Shown in pieces: positions 10,339 through 20,690 of a stretch of DNA of 64,000 nucleotides; within the stretch, counting starts at the first letter, position 1, and the number at the start of each line of letters is the position of its first letter. The notes below the pieces were generated by a model. That model made no database searches and was not told the DNA's origin. It was given only the letters and a program-made list of their open reading frames with translations. The translations under genes were made by a program, and so were the position numbers. Location: NCBI GenBank assembly GCA_937864365.1, contig CALMJT010000190.1, positions 12,147-76,146 of the forward strand, written 5' to 3'. This DNA comes from an uncultured Alteromonadales bacterium (lineage in GTDB: Bacteria > Pseudomonadota > Gammaproteobacteria > Pseudomonadales > Cellvibrionaceae).

Positions 10339-11046
10339 ATGAATAAATTAAATTTTAAACCTCTTTTTTTAGCTTCTGCCTTGGTTTTAAGCGCGGGCTC
10401 ATGTTCTGTCTTTGCGCAAGAGAACGCTGCGGATGCATCTGTGAAAATCGATAGCGCGGAAGCTGTAGACAAAGCTTCCACGGTGAATCTTTCAATTGCA
10501 CATGATGCCGATGAAGTAAGTGCGCACGACGTGGTTAAGTCGGTGACTGAATCGGTATTAGCAATGATTCATAAATCTCAAAATGATCCACAATACGATC
10601 AGGCAACCCTGTCCAGTCAGCTTGATGCTTTGTTAACCGAGGTGGTGGATTTTAATTTTATCGCTCTGAACGTCATGGGTGTTGATAACGCTCGATCTAT
10701 TTCGCGTGAAGAGTTCGACCGTTTTGCATCTGTATTTAAGCAAAATTTGATCAGTACCTATGCGAAAGGTATGACCAGCTTTTCAGACTTCAATGTTGAG
10801 GTGATCCCGCCAGAGAACAGTATTGAAGGTCAGCGCAATGTCACGGTTCGCCAAAAAGTGGAGGCTCCTACCGGTACGAGTCTGGTTACTTACACCATGG
10901 CTGTGAATAAATCCGGCCAGTGGGTATTGCGGAACATGAACATCAATGGCATCAATCTTGGTGTTACTTTTAGGGATCAATTTAGAGTCGCCCTAAAACA
11001 AAATGATGGCGATGTAAAAAAAGTCATCGATAACTGGGACGTCTAG
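10339..11046 (+). CDS. mlaC: Phospholipid-binding periplasmic protein MlaC/Ttg2D (orphan)
   Basis: Signal peptide; VVDFNFIA...F..VF...L..TYA and W.L.N.NINGINL..TFRDQF motifs. ATG at 10339 chosen (GGAG upstream); the ORF track starts at 10321. Confidence 0.85.
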   Translation: MNKLNFKPLFLASALVLSAGSCSVFAQENAADASVKIDSAEAVDKASTVNLSIAHDADEVSAHDVVKSVTESVLAMIHKSQNDPQYDQATLSSQLDALLTEVVDFNFIALNVMGVDNARSISREEFDRFASVFKQNLISTYAKGMTSFSDFNVEVIPPENSIEGQRNVTVRQKVEAPTGTSLVTYTMAVNKSGQWVLRNMNINGINLGVTFRDQFRVALKQNDGDVKKVIDNWDV

Positions 11047-11064
11047 TCATCGCTGATTTTCTGT

Positions 11065-11099
11065 TCTGTGCAAAGTGGGAATTAGCCACTTTGCACAGA
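11065..11099 (+). terminator. Probable terminator hairpin after mlaC
   Basis: Perfect 14-bp inverted repeat TCTGTGCAAAGTGG-GAATTAG-CCACTTTGCACAGA; weak U-tract. Confidence 0.5.
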
Positions 11100-11403
11100 G
11101 TTATTAAGGTTTCTCTCCTGCAAATTTCTCTTCGTATTATTGTCGTTTGATTTCACGTTCTATTCATGTTGTCTCTCTTTTAACTCTAATTGTCTGGCGT
11201 GTTTACGTTTGTGCCGAGAAATCTCTGTAACATACTGTGGTTGAGAGTATGCTGGAGATTGGAGTTTTATCTTAGAAATTAAATCGAATTTGGGTGAATT
11301 TAGAGTCTGTCTTCTTTAGAATAGCGGGCCTTTTTCGCCAAGAAGCGGTTAGATTGTGAGCTGGCGTGGCTAGCTCACTCCAATTAACAAATTTGTAGCA
11401 AAA

Positions 11404-11658
11404 GTGAACACAATGATTCAAGCCGAAGAAATTAAGCAGAAGTTAGAGCAGGGCATTGATCAAGCAGAAGCCGTAGTTGAAGTATCTGGTTCTAATGTTA
11501 ATGCCGTTATCGTCAGTCCAGCCTTTGCGGGCTTAAACCCAGTGAAAAAGCAGCAATTGGTTTACGGTGTGTTAGACGAGTATTTCAAATCCGGCAGCAT
11601 TCATGCCCTCAATATGAAGACCTTCACGCCTGATCAATGGCAAGCACAAAACTCGTAG
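11404..11658 (+). CDS. ibaG: BolA-family protein IbaG/YrbA
   Basis: IVSPAFAGL..VKKQQLVY...IHAL.MKTFTP; directly upstream of murA (ATG at 11413 is an alternative start). Confidence 0.9.
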   Translation: MNTMIQAEEIKQKLEQGIDQAEAVVEVSGSNVNAVIVSPAFAGLNPVKKQQLVYGVLDEYFKSGSIHALNMKTFTPDQWQAQNS

Positions 11659-12954
<1,296 letters not shown>

Positions 12955-13029
12955 GCATCTGCTTAATAATTCGCCTCGGCGAAATCCAATCATTCCCAGT
13001 TTTTTCTGGCAAAGCATTAAAAAAGTACC

Positions 13030-13668
13030 ATGACAGAGTTAACCATAGCCCTTACCAAAGGGCGAATTTTAGAAGAAACCTTGCCATTGCTGGCGGCCGC
13101 TGATTTATATCCCCTTGAAGATATTGAAAAAAGTCGCAAATTAACCTTTGAAAGCAATCAGCCAGGTGTACGTTTTGTTGTGTTACGAGGCGTAGATGTT
13201 ACCACTTATGTTGAATTTGGCGCCGCTGATATTGGCGTTTCTGGTAAGGATATGCTGCTAGAGCATGGTGGCAATGGTATTTATGAACCTCTCGATTTAG
13301 GCATTGCTCGTTGTCAGTTGATGACGGCAGGTATTAAGGGTCGTGAGACGCCAAAAGGTCGCATTAAGGTCGCAACTAAGTTTGTGAACGTCGCAAAAAA
13401 ATACTACGCAGAAAAAGCTCAGCAGGTAGATATTATTAAGCTTTACGGTGCTATGGAGCTTGCGCCGATTATTGGTTTGGCCGATGAAATCGTAGATATT
13501 GTTGATACGGGTAATACACTTCGTGCTAATGGTTTAGAGCCCAGAGAGCACATTGCGGATATCAGCTCTCGGCTGATCGTTAATAAGGCTTCTATGAAAA
13601 TGAAGCACGCAGCGATCAGTTCGATTATCGAAAAGGTTGCGTCTGCAGTTGCTTTGCGTGACAAATAA
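13030..13668 (+). CDS. hisG: ATP phosphoribosyltransferase, short form (HisZ-dependent)
   Basis: [32 protein letters not shown]; 212 aa with no C-terminal regulatory domain. Confidence 0.96.
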   Translation: MTELTIALTKGRILEETLPLLAAADLYPLEDIEKSRKLTFESNQPGVRFVVLRGVDVTTYVEFGAADIGVSGKDMLLEHGGNGIYEPLDLGIARCQLMTAGIKGRETPKGRIKVATKFVNVAKKYYAEKAQQVDIIKLYGAMELAPIIGLADEIVDIVDTGNTLRANGLEPREHIADISSRLIVNKASMKMKHAAISSIIEKVASAVALRDK

Positions 13669-13726
13669 TATGCCCCAGGATTAAAACCCACTTTCTTCTT
13701 AGTTGTATTTCTATAAAGAGTATGTG

Positions 13727-15037
13727 ATGACACAAGATTTATTGATCAAAAAACTGAATTCTCAAGATGTTAACTTTCAAGCAGATCTAGACGCTCTGCT
13801 GCATGTGGACTTGGTTTCAGATCATGATGTAACTCGTGTTGTCGATGACATTATCGCCACCGTTCGCCGAGATGGTGATCAAGCTTTGGTTGCTTATACG
13901 CAAAAGTTTGATCGTTGGACGCCTGAAAATGCTTCCGATTTGGAAATCTCCAGACAGCAATTAGAAGAAGCATTGGCGCGAATTTCGGACGATGCGCGCA
14001 AGGCACTGCAACAAGCCGCAGATCGTGTAAAGCAATATCATAAACATCAAGCACAAAGTTCTTGGCAGTACACCGAAGCTGACGGAACCGTTCTTGGGCA
14101 AAAAATTACGCCCCTAGACACCGTGGGCGTCTATGTTCCTGGCGGTAAGGCAAGCTATCCTTCTTCAGTTTTAATGAATGTCATGCCTGCAAAAGTTGCA
14201 GGTGTTGAAAATGTCATCATGGTAGTTCCTACGCCAGACGGTGAGATCAGTGATCTTGTTTTGGCGGCGGCTGCTATTGCCGGAGTAGATCGGGTCTTTG
14301 CTATTGGTGGGGCTCAGGCTGTTGCAGCTTTGGCCTATGGTACCGAGCTTGTGCCCAAAGTTGATAAGATCGTTGGCCCAGGTAATGTGTTTGTGGCGTG
14401 CGCTAAGCGTGCTGTGTTTGGCCAGGTTGCTATTGATATGATTGCCGGCCCTTCAGAAATTCTTGTGGTGTGTGACGGCAAGACTGATCCCGACTGGATT
14501 GCAATGGATTTGTTCTCGCAGGCTGAGCACGATGAAATGGCGCAATCAATACTTATCTCTCCCGATGCAGATTTCTTGCTTCGAGTGGAGCAAAGCATCG
14601 AAAAACTGTTACCTACTCTAGATCGAAAAGAGATTGTAAAAACCTCTTTGCAATCGCGCGGTGCGCTGATTACTGTCTCTTCACTAGAAGAAGCAATTGA
14701 GATCACCAATCACATAGCCCCAGAGCACTTGGAGTTGTCGGTAGAAGATCCAGAGCAATGGTTGCCGAGTATTCGACATGCTGGCGCCATATTTATGGGG
14801 CGCTACACAGCAGAGGCTCTGGGTGATTATTGTGCGGGCCCTAACCATGTTCTGCCAACATCGGGTACGGCGCGTTTCTCTTCGCCTTTAGGCGTTTATG
14901 ATTTTCAAAAGCGCAGCTCGATAATTTACTGCTCTGAACAGGGCGCCTCTGATTTAGGCAAGGTAGCTTCGGTTTTGGCCCGAGGTGAGTATTTAGAAGC
15001 TCATGCTAGATCGGCGGAATATCGCATTAAAAAATAA
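13727..15037 (+). CDS. hisD: Histidinol dehydrogenase
   Basis: [32 protein letters not shown] and GPNHVLPT motifs; ATG at 13727. Confidence 0.97.
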   Translation: MTQDLLIKKLNSQDVNFQADLDALLHVDLVSDHDVTRVVDDIIATVRRDGDQALVAYTQKFDRWTPENASDLEISRQQLEEALARISDDARKALQQAADRVKQYHKHQAQSSWQYTEADGTVLGQKITPLDTVGVYVPGGKASYPSSVLMNVMPAKVAGVENVIMVVPTPDGEISDLVLAAAAIAGVDRVFAIGGAQAVAALAYGTELVPKVDKIVGPGNVFVACAKRAVFGQVAIDMIAGPSEILVVCDGKTDPDWIAMDLFSQAEHDEMAQSILISPDADFLLRVEQSIEKLLPTLDRKEIVKTSLQSRGALITVSSLEEAIEITNHIAPEHLELSVEDPEQWLPSIRHAGAIFMGRYTAEALGDYCAGPNHVLPTSGTARFSSPLGVYDFQKRSSIIYCSEQGASDLGKVASVLARGEYLEAHARSAEYRIKK

Positions 15038-15075
15038 TGCGGTTGCGGTCATATCCAGCTAACAGCGATTGAGTT

Positions 15076-16224
15076 TTAGCTGGATATGACCGGTTTCTCG
15101 GCAAGTAATGCCGACAGTCTGAAATGCTGGCCATTACGAATAAGATCTACAAGTACGGCTTCATTCGGTTTTTTACCGGCAATCTGATTCATCCCATTGC
15201 GGCCATTACCTACAGGCGCATCATCAATATGGGTAATGATGTCACCCGGTTTTAGGCCGGCAATATGCGCTGGTCCATTTTTATAAACTCCCACAACTAC
15301 GACACCATTACCGCCTAAACCCATAGAGTCCGCAATTTGAGGGTTTAATGGTTGAGCTTCGATACCAAGCCAGCCTCGTATTACGCGACCGTTTTCAACA
15401 AGATTGCGCATCACTTGCATGGCTTGGTCTGCTGGAATAGCAAAACTGATCCCCACCGATGGGTTGCCGTCGTCAAGAATGGCGGTGTTAATACCGAGTA
15501 GTGCTCCGTTAACATCTACAAGTGCGCCGCCTGAATTGCCGGGATTGATCGCAGCATCCGTTTGGATGTAATTTTCATAGTTACTTAAATCTAACCCGTA
15601 GCGACCTGTGGCGCTGATGATTCCTTGAGTTACCGTCTGGCCAACGCCAAAAGGGTTGCCGATGGCCAGCACTACATCACCAATATTCGCTTTGGCAGGC
15701 TCTCCAAGTGTGGCTGGGGTGAGTCTGTCTAAATCAACTTTTAATACCGCAAGATCCGTTTCTGTATCGCGACCAACAACTTCGGCCAAGGCCTCTCGAC
15801 CATCGTGAACCAATACGACAATTTCCACGGCATCATCAATGACATGGTTATTGGTAAGAATGTAGCCGTCATCACTAACAATCACGCCTGAACCCAACGC
15901 GGATTGAAGTCTGCGCTGCATTAGGTTGTTTGCATTGTTGAAATAATGTCGGAAAAGAGGGTCGTCAATAAAAGGATAACGGCGTTTACTTGGGAGTTTT
16001 CTGGCGTAAATATTAACAACCGATGGTGCAGCAGTTTTTACGGCAAATGAGTAAGATGCTGGGCCGCTCCATCCTTCATAAGGATTAGCGGCGCTAACAA
16101 CTCTATTGAGCTTATCGTTGTCCGAGTCGGTTTTAGTAAGCGAAGGCGACGCGAAAATCGCAATGGCAGCAGCGAGTAGGCCTGTAAAGGCGGGCCATAT
16201 GAGATAGTCGATAATTTTTTTCAT
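15076..16224 (-). CDS. degS: DegS/AlgW-type serine protease (trypsin + one PDZ)
   Basis: N-terminal TM anchor, LTNNHVI, DLAVLK, TDAAINPGNSGGAL and a single PDZ domain. Confidence 0.9.
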   Translation of the reverse strand: MKKIIDYLIWPAFTGLLAAAIAIFASPSLTKTDSDNDKLNRVVSAANPYEGWSGPASYSFAVKTAAPSVVNIYARKLPSKRRYPFIDDPLFRHYFNNANNLMQRRLQSALGSGVIVSDDGYILTNNHVIDDAVEIVVLVHDGREALAEVVGRDTETDLAVLKVDLDRLTPATLGEPAKANIGDVVLAIGNPFGVGQTVTQGIISATGRYGLDLSNYENYIQTDAAINPGNSGGALVDVNGALLGINTAILDDGNPSVGISFAIPADQAMQVMRNLVENGRVIRGWLGIEAQPLNPQIADSMGLGGNGVVVVGVYKNGPAHIAGLKPGDIITHIDDAPVGNGRNGMNQIAGKKPNEAVLVDLIRNGQHFRLSALLAEKPVISS

Positions 16225-16534
16225 TGCGCTTTTAGCATTACCTGGTTGCGTAGTCGGCGTTTACCGATGAAAACAATCTGTAAGTAGCTTATCTAACGGT
16301 ATAAACCACTATATCACAGAGCAGAGCGAGTTTATTTTCGTCTACTCTGTAGATCTTTCTAGTATAGAAAAATCTGGTTAACCAAGAGTTTCTGGTGACA
16401 CGAGTTGTGCCGCTAATCCCAAGAACAGTAAGTGACTGAAATTGTTAAGAAACTGGAAATCGCGTTGTCAATTTCTTCTCTTTGATTTAAGCATGGCGGA
16501 GTTGATCAGAGCTGCCAACAAGTATCTTGAGCGA

Positions 16535-17035
16535 TCAGATTTTGCTTGTTTTTTGATCGATGATTTCGCCTTCTTTATCCGATAGAGTTGAGTCGATCTC
16601 CGATGAGGATTCAAGTCCAAATGATTCACTGAGAGTGCCATTATTAGGCGCCCAGTCTCGTGGTGGCTGAACCTGTGTCTCGTCGGCTAAAAGGTCACGA
16701 TGATGGTCTGACTGAGCCCATTGCTTTGATGCACTATCGAGTAAATCTCTGCCAATATCGGCGTTGGCAAGTTTAATCGCGCCAGCTGCCAAATGCTCGT
16801 GTACATCTTTGTAGTTTTCAGTGAGCTTGTTAACTAATACAGAGGTTTCTTTGAAGTGTTCGGTAACGTCATTTTGAAACTGTTTTAATTGCTCTTCGGC
16901 TTGGTTGGCACGAGCTTCCATGGCTCGGAAGCCTTTTTTATCAGTGCTAAAGAGTCTGCCCGCGAAGTATCCAGCAACACCTCCAAGAACCAAGCAAACG
17001 ATACTGACAATAATTAAGACGGATAGAGAATACAC
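16535..17035 (-). CDS. zapG: Z-ring associated protein G (YhcB/DUF1043)
   Basis: N-terminal TM, coiled coil, V.EHF..T..L...L...Y.DV.EHLA.GA and QPPRDWAP motifs. Confidence 0.88.
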   Translation of the reverse strand: MYSLSVLIIVSIVCLVLGGVAGYFAGRLFSTDKKGFRAMEARANQAEEQLKQFQNDVTEHFKETSVLVNKLTENYKDVHEHLAAGAIKLANADIGRDLLDSASKQWAQSDHHRDLLADETQVQPPRDWAPNNGTLSESFGLESSSEIDSTLSDKEGEIIDQKTSKI

Positions 17036-17322
17036 ATGAAGCTCCTGCAGGTTTAAAATCGTTCAGCTAAGCGCTGAAAACTTCTTTCGTAGAGTTAATT
17101 CTACGCGAAAAATAGACTTTGTAGGTTCGATGTAATCTGTCTACATGGGTGTATTAGATTACCATTGACTACCAAAGCCAGAAACGAATAAGGGTTTGCA
17201 AAGAAAGAAAAAACCGCGAATCGTTGTTTCAATCACAAATTTTACGCTCTTAATTGGTTCTGTTTAAAACAATAAATGAGCGCCAAAGAATATTTTCTAA
17301 ATGGTGTTTGGAAAATACGCTT

Positions 17323-17331
17323 TGGTATAAT
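17323..17331 (+). promoter_or_regulatory. Extended -10 promoter element for zapE
   Basis: TGGTATAAT matches TGnTATAAT, about 95 bp upstream of the zapE ATG. Confidence 0.45.
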
Positions 17332-17425
17332 CCATTTTCTAAAAATCCTTGTCGCCATTGTATGAGGTGATAGGTGAGGGCTTTCTCCTAATATTTCAAT
17401 TAACAACAGATGTATGGTGTAGATA

Positions 17426-18541
17426 ATGGAGAATACTCCTCTTGCTCGTTATCAGCGTGATTTAGAGCGTGATGATTTCAATTATGACCCTGCTCAAGAG
17501 ATGGCGGTAAAGCATCTTCAAAATTTGCACGATCAGCTGATTCTTGCCATTGAGCAGGCTAATCCAAAGACTTCTTTGCTCAATAAATGGTTTAAAGCGA
17601 ATCGCAAACCGGTCACTCCCGTTCGTGGTCTGTATTTTTGGGGCGGTGTTGGGCGAGGTAAAACCTATTTGATGGATAACTTTTTCGAAAGTCTTCCGTT
17701 TGATCAAAAAATGCGGGCGCATTTTCATCGCTTTATGCGGCGAGTGCATCAAGAACTTAAAACGCTTGATGGACAGAAAAATCCCCTAGAAATAGTCGCA
17801 GACAGAATTGCCTCTGAGGCTCGTGTTATATGTTTTGACGAGTTTTTTGTAACCGACATAACAGACGCAATGATCTTAGCTACCTTGTTGGACGGGTTAT
17901 TCCGACGTGGTGTGAGTTTGGTGGCAACCTCCAATATTGTTCCTTCTGGTCTCTATAAAGACGGGCTTCAACGCGCGCGCTTTTTACCGGCTATTGCGTT
18001 ATTGGAAGAGCATACGCAGGTTGTTAATGTTGATGGCGGTGTCGATTATCGGTTGAGAACACTTGAGCAGGCAGAGCTTTATTACACACCTTTAGGTGAG
18101 GCTGCGGACGAGAGCTTAAAGTCTAGCTTTGAACGTCTGGTACCAGAAAAGTCCGAGATCAGGGCAGATGTTCAAATAGAAATCGAAGGACGTATGCTCA
18201 ATGCACTTATGGAAGCCGATGATATTGTTTGGTTTGAGTTTTCAGAGGTTTGTGAAGGGCCGAGATCTCAAAATGACTACATAGAAATTGCCAAGGAATT
18301 TCATGCGGTGCTTGTTTCTAATATTCCGCAAATGAATCGAGATTGCGACGATTCTGCTCGCCGATTTATTAATTTAGTGGATGAATTTTATGATCGCGGC
18401 GTAAAGCTTATCGTGTCTGCTGCGGTACCTTTGGCACAAATCTATGCAGGTGGAAGGCTAGAGTTTGAGTTTCAGCGTACCACCAGCCGCCTTTTAGAAA
18501 TGCAAAGTTACGAATACCTAGCGCGCGAGCACCGTCCTTAA
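17426..18541 (+). CDS. zapE: Cell division ATPase ZapE (AFG1 family)
   Basis: GLYFWGGVGRGKT, CFDEFFV, ATSN and RRFINLVD motifs. Confidence 0.95.
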   Translation: MENTPLARYQRDLERDDFNYDPAQEMAVKHLQNLHDQLILAIEQANPKTSLLNKWFKANRKPVTPVRGLYFWGGVGRGKTYLMDNFFESLPFDQKMRAHFHRFMRRVHQELKTLDGQKNPLEIVADRIASEARVICFDEFFVTDITDAMILATLLDGLFRRGVSLVATSNIVPSGLYKDGLQRARFLPAIALLEEHTQVVNVDGGVDYRLRTLEQAELYYTPLGEAADESLKSSFERLVPEKSEIRADVQIEIEGRMLNALMEADDIVWFEFSEVCEGPRSQNDYIEIAKEFHAVLVSNIPQMNRDCDDSARRFINLVDEFYDRGVKLIVSAAVPLAQIYAGGRLEFEFQRTTSRLLEMQSYEYLAREHRP

Positions 18542-18636
18542 TTGGGTGATGCGCTTAGCGGTCTTTAAGAGTTTTATTGGGTTAATTACTGCGGACAATT
18601 TTTAATGGTTATACGCTAATAATTAGCCTTCTGAAC

Positions 18637-18665
18637 TTGTTATTTTATGCAGGAGGCCTTAGAAT
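18637..18665 (+). promoter_or_regulatory. Sigma-70 promoter of rplM-rpsI
   Basis: TTGTTA-17 bp-TAGAAT followed by a GC-rich discriminator CCGCGC, typical of stringently controlled promoters. Confidence 0.7.
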
Positions 18666-18960
18666 CCGCGCTCCTTTTTTCAAGTGCGCTGATAGAAACA
18701 AGTTATCAGAGTCAACAAGTTGGTTCTACGAAACAGTTTTAGTTAGTGCATGAATAAGCCACACAATTTTGAATTGAAATTTGTTTGGTTGGTGATTGTG
18801 TTGGAGTTATCTAACTCTATTACCTTTTTCAGGGCTCGAATTGAGCTTAGCCGTATTTGGCAATTGGATGTATGAACTCATCCGCATTTATTACCGCTGA
18901 GATGATTTTTCCAAATCTTGACTCAGCTTTAGTTTTTATACAGGTTATAGGCAAAACAAC

Positions 18961-19389
18961 ATGAAGACTATCAGTGCCAATCCTGCTACCGTAAAACGTG
19001 AATGGTACGTTGTGGACGCAGAAGGCAAAACTCTTGGCCGTATGGCTGCAGAAATCGCCAGTCGTTTGCGCGGTAAGCACAAGCCAGAATATACACCTCA
19101 CGTTGATACCGGCGATTACATCGTTGTGATCAACGCAGAAAAAGTACATGTAACCGGTCGTAAAGCTACCGATAAAATGTACTACCACCACACTGGATAC
19201 ATCGGCGGTATTAAGTCGATCAGCTTTGATAAGTTGATAGAAAAAGCCCCTGAGCGCACCATTGAAATCGCAGTTAAAGGCATGTTGCCAAAAGGCCCAT
19301 TAGGCCGCGCGATGTTCAAAAAGCTAAAAGTTTACGCTGGTACTGAGCATCCACACACTGCTCAGCAACCGCAAGAACTGAACATATAA
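18961..19389 (+). CDS. rplM: 50S ribosomal protein L13
   Basis: [13 protein letters not shown]...[12 protein letters not shown]...[10 protein letters not shown]. Confidence 0.99.
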   Translation: MKTISANPATVKREWYVVDAEGKTLGRMAAEIASRLRGKHKPEYTPHVDTGDYIVVINAEKVHVTGRKATDKMYYHHTGYIGGIKSISFDKLIEKAPERTIEIAVKGMLPKGPLGRAMFKKLKVYAGTEHPHTAQQPQELNI

Positions 19390-19401
19390 TTGGGGGAAAT
19401 A

Positions 19402-19794
19402 ATGGCTGCAACACAATACTACGGTACCGGACGCCGTAAAACCTCTACTGCTCGAGTATTCATTACTGAAGGCTCAGGCAACATTGTTATCAACGGTCGC
19501 ACTCTAGACGATTACTTCGGACGTCAAGTAGCTCGTATGATCGTACGCCAGGCGCTTGAAGTTGCCGAGGCTGTTGATAAATTCGACATCAAAGTTACCG
19601 TTAAAGGTGGTGGTAGCTTCGGTCAAGCTGGTGCAATTCGTCACGGTTTAACTCGTGCATTAATGCAATACAACGAAGAATTGCGCAGACCGCTTCGCGA
19701 CGCTGGTTTCGTTACCCGTGACGCTCGTGAAGTTGAACGTAAGAAAGTTGGTCTACGTAAAGCTCGTAAAAAGCCACAATTCTCAAAACGTTAA
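19402..19794 (+). CDS. rpsI: 30S ribosomal protein S9
   Basis: [10 protein letters not shown]...GQAGAIRHG...RKKPQFSKR; ATG at 19402 after a GGGGG RBS. Confidence 0.99.
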   Translation: MAATQYYGTGRRKTSTARVFITEGSGNIVINGRTLDDYFGRQVARMIVRQALEVAEAVDKFDIKVTVKGGGSFGQAGAIRHGLTRALMQYNEELRRPLRDAGFVTRDAREVERKKVGLRKARKKPQFSKR

Positions 19795-19831
19795 TACAAA
19801 AGCCCGTTTTTGGTTGCTTGTTGTGGTTATC

Positions 19832-19864
19832 AAAAAGCTCGGGCACTTGCTCGGGCTTTTTTTT
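19832..19864 (+). terminator. Rho-independent terminator after rpsI
   Basis: AAAAAGCTCGGGCA-CT-TGCTCGGGC followed by a T8 tract. Confidence 0.85.
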
Positions 19865-19909
19865 GGTTTGTAATCCAAGACGCCAACAACTTGCGAATCT
19901 AAATTGTTC

Positions 19910-19923
19910 TTGACCAATATCAA
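19910..19923. promoter_or_regulatory. FNR/ANR-like box upstream of petA
   Basis: TTGAC-CAAT-ATCAA versus consensus TTGAT-N4-ATCAA (one mismatch). Confidence 0.5.
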
Positions 19924-19962
19924 TGATTTTGAGTTAGGAAGGCATGTGTATATAAGCTTATC

Positions 19963-19991
19963 TTGTCTCAAATTGGCAGGTTCTATACCAT
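19963..19991 (+). promoter_or_regulatory. Candidate sigma-70 promoter of the pet operon
   Basis: TTGTCT-17 bp-TACCAT. Confidence 0.45.
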
Positions 19992-20091
19992 GTCGCGATT
20001 TACAATCATGCCTAATAATTCAAATTTTAAATCTTAGTGATTCACCCGGTTATCTGTAAGTAAAAGAGTACCTGGAATGGGAGAAAGCCTC

Positions 20092-20685
20092 ATGAGTGAA
20101 GACGGTGTTAATACCGGACGGCGCAAGTTCTTAACAGCGGCGACCTCCGTAGTTGGTGCTGTAGGAGCAGTGGGTGCAGCAGTTCCTTTTGTTGGATCTT
20201 GGAATCCAAGTGCAAAAGCAAAAGCGGCTGGTGCGCCTGTAAAAGCAAATCTTGAAAAGCTTGAGCCTGGTCAGATGGTCACCCTAGAGTGGCGCGGAAA
20301 ACCGGTTTATGTGGTTCGTAGAACCCCAGAGATTTTAGAAGGTATTCGAAAAATGGACGGTGAGGTCCGCGATCCGAATTCCGAAGTTCCTCAACAACCT
20401 GAGTACGTCAATAAAGAGTACCGCTCTATCAAAAATGAGTTCTTGGTATTGCTAGGTCTATGTACTCACCTTGGTTGTGCTCCTCTATTCCGTCCTGAAG
20501 TGGGCGCCGCTGATCTCGGTGGTGATAAATGGCAGGGTGGTTTCTTCTGTCCTTGTCATGGTTCTAAGTTTGATTTGGCCGGTCGCGTATTAAAAGGCGT
20601 TCCTGCTCCTATTAACTTAGAGGTTCCTCCTCATTCCTTTGAGGGAGATTACATTCTCACCGTAGGTGTTGATCAAGAGGCGTAA
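20092..20685 (+). CDS. petA: Ubiquinol-cytochrome c reductase Rieske subunit
   Basis: Tat-type signal anchor GRRKFL; Rieske boxes CTHLGC and CPCHGS; ATG at 20092 after GGAG. Confidence 0.98.
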   Translation: MSEDGVNTGRRKFLTAATSVVGAVGAVGAAVPFVGSWNPSAKAKAAGAPVKANLEKLEPGQMVTLEWRGKPVYVVRRTPEILEGIRKMDGEVRDPNSEVPQQPEYVNKEYRSIKNEFLVLLGLCTHLGCAPLFRPEVGAADLGGDKWQGGFFCPCHGSKFDLAGRVLKGVPAPINLEVPPHSFEGDYILTVGVDQEA

Positions 20686-20690
20686 ACACA

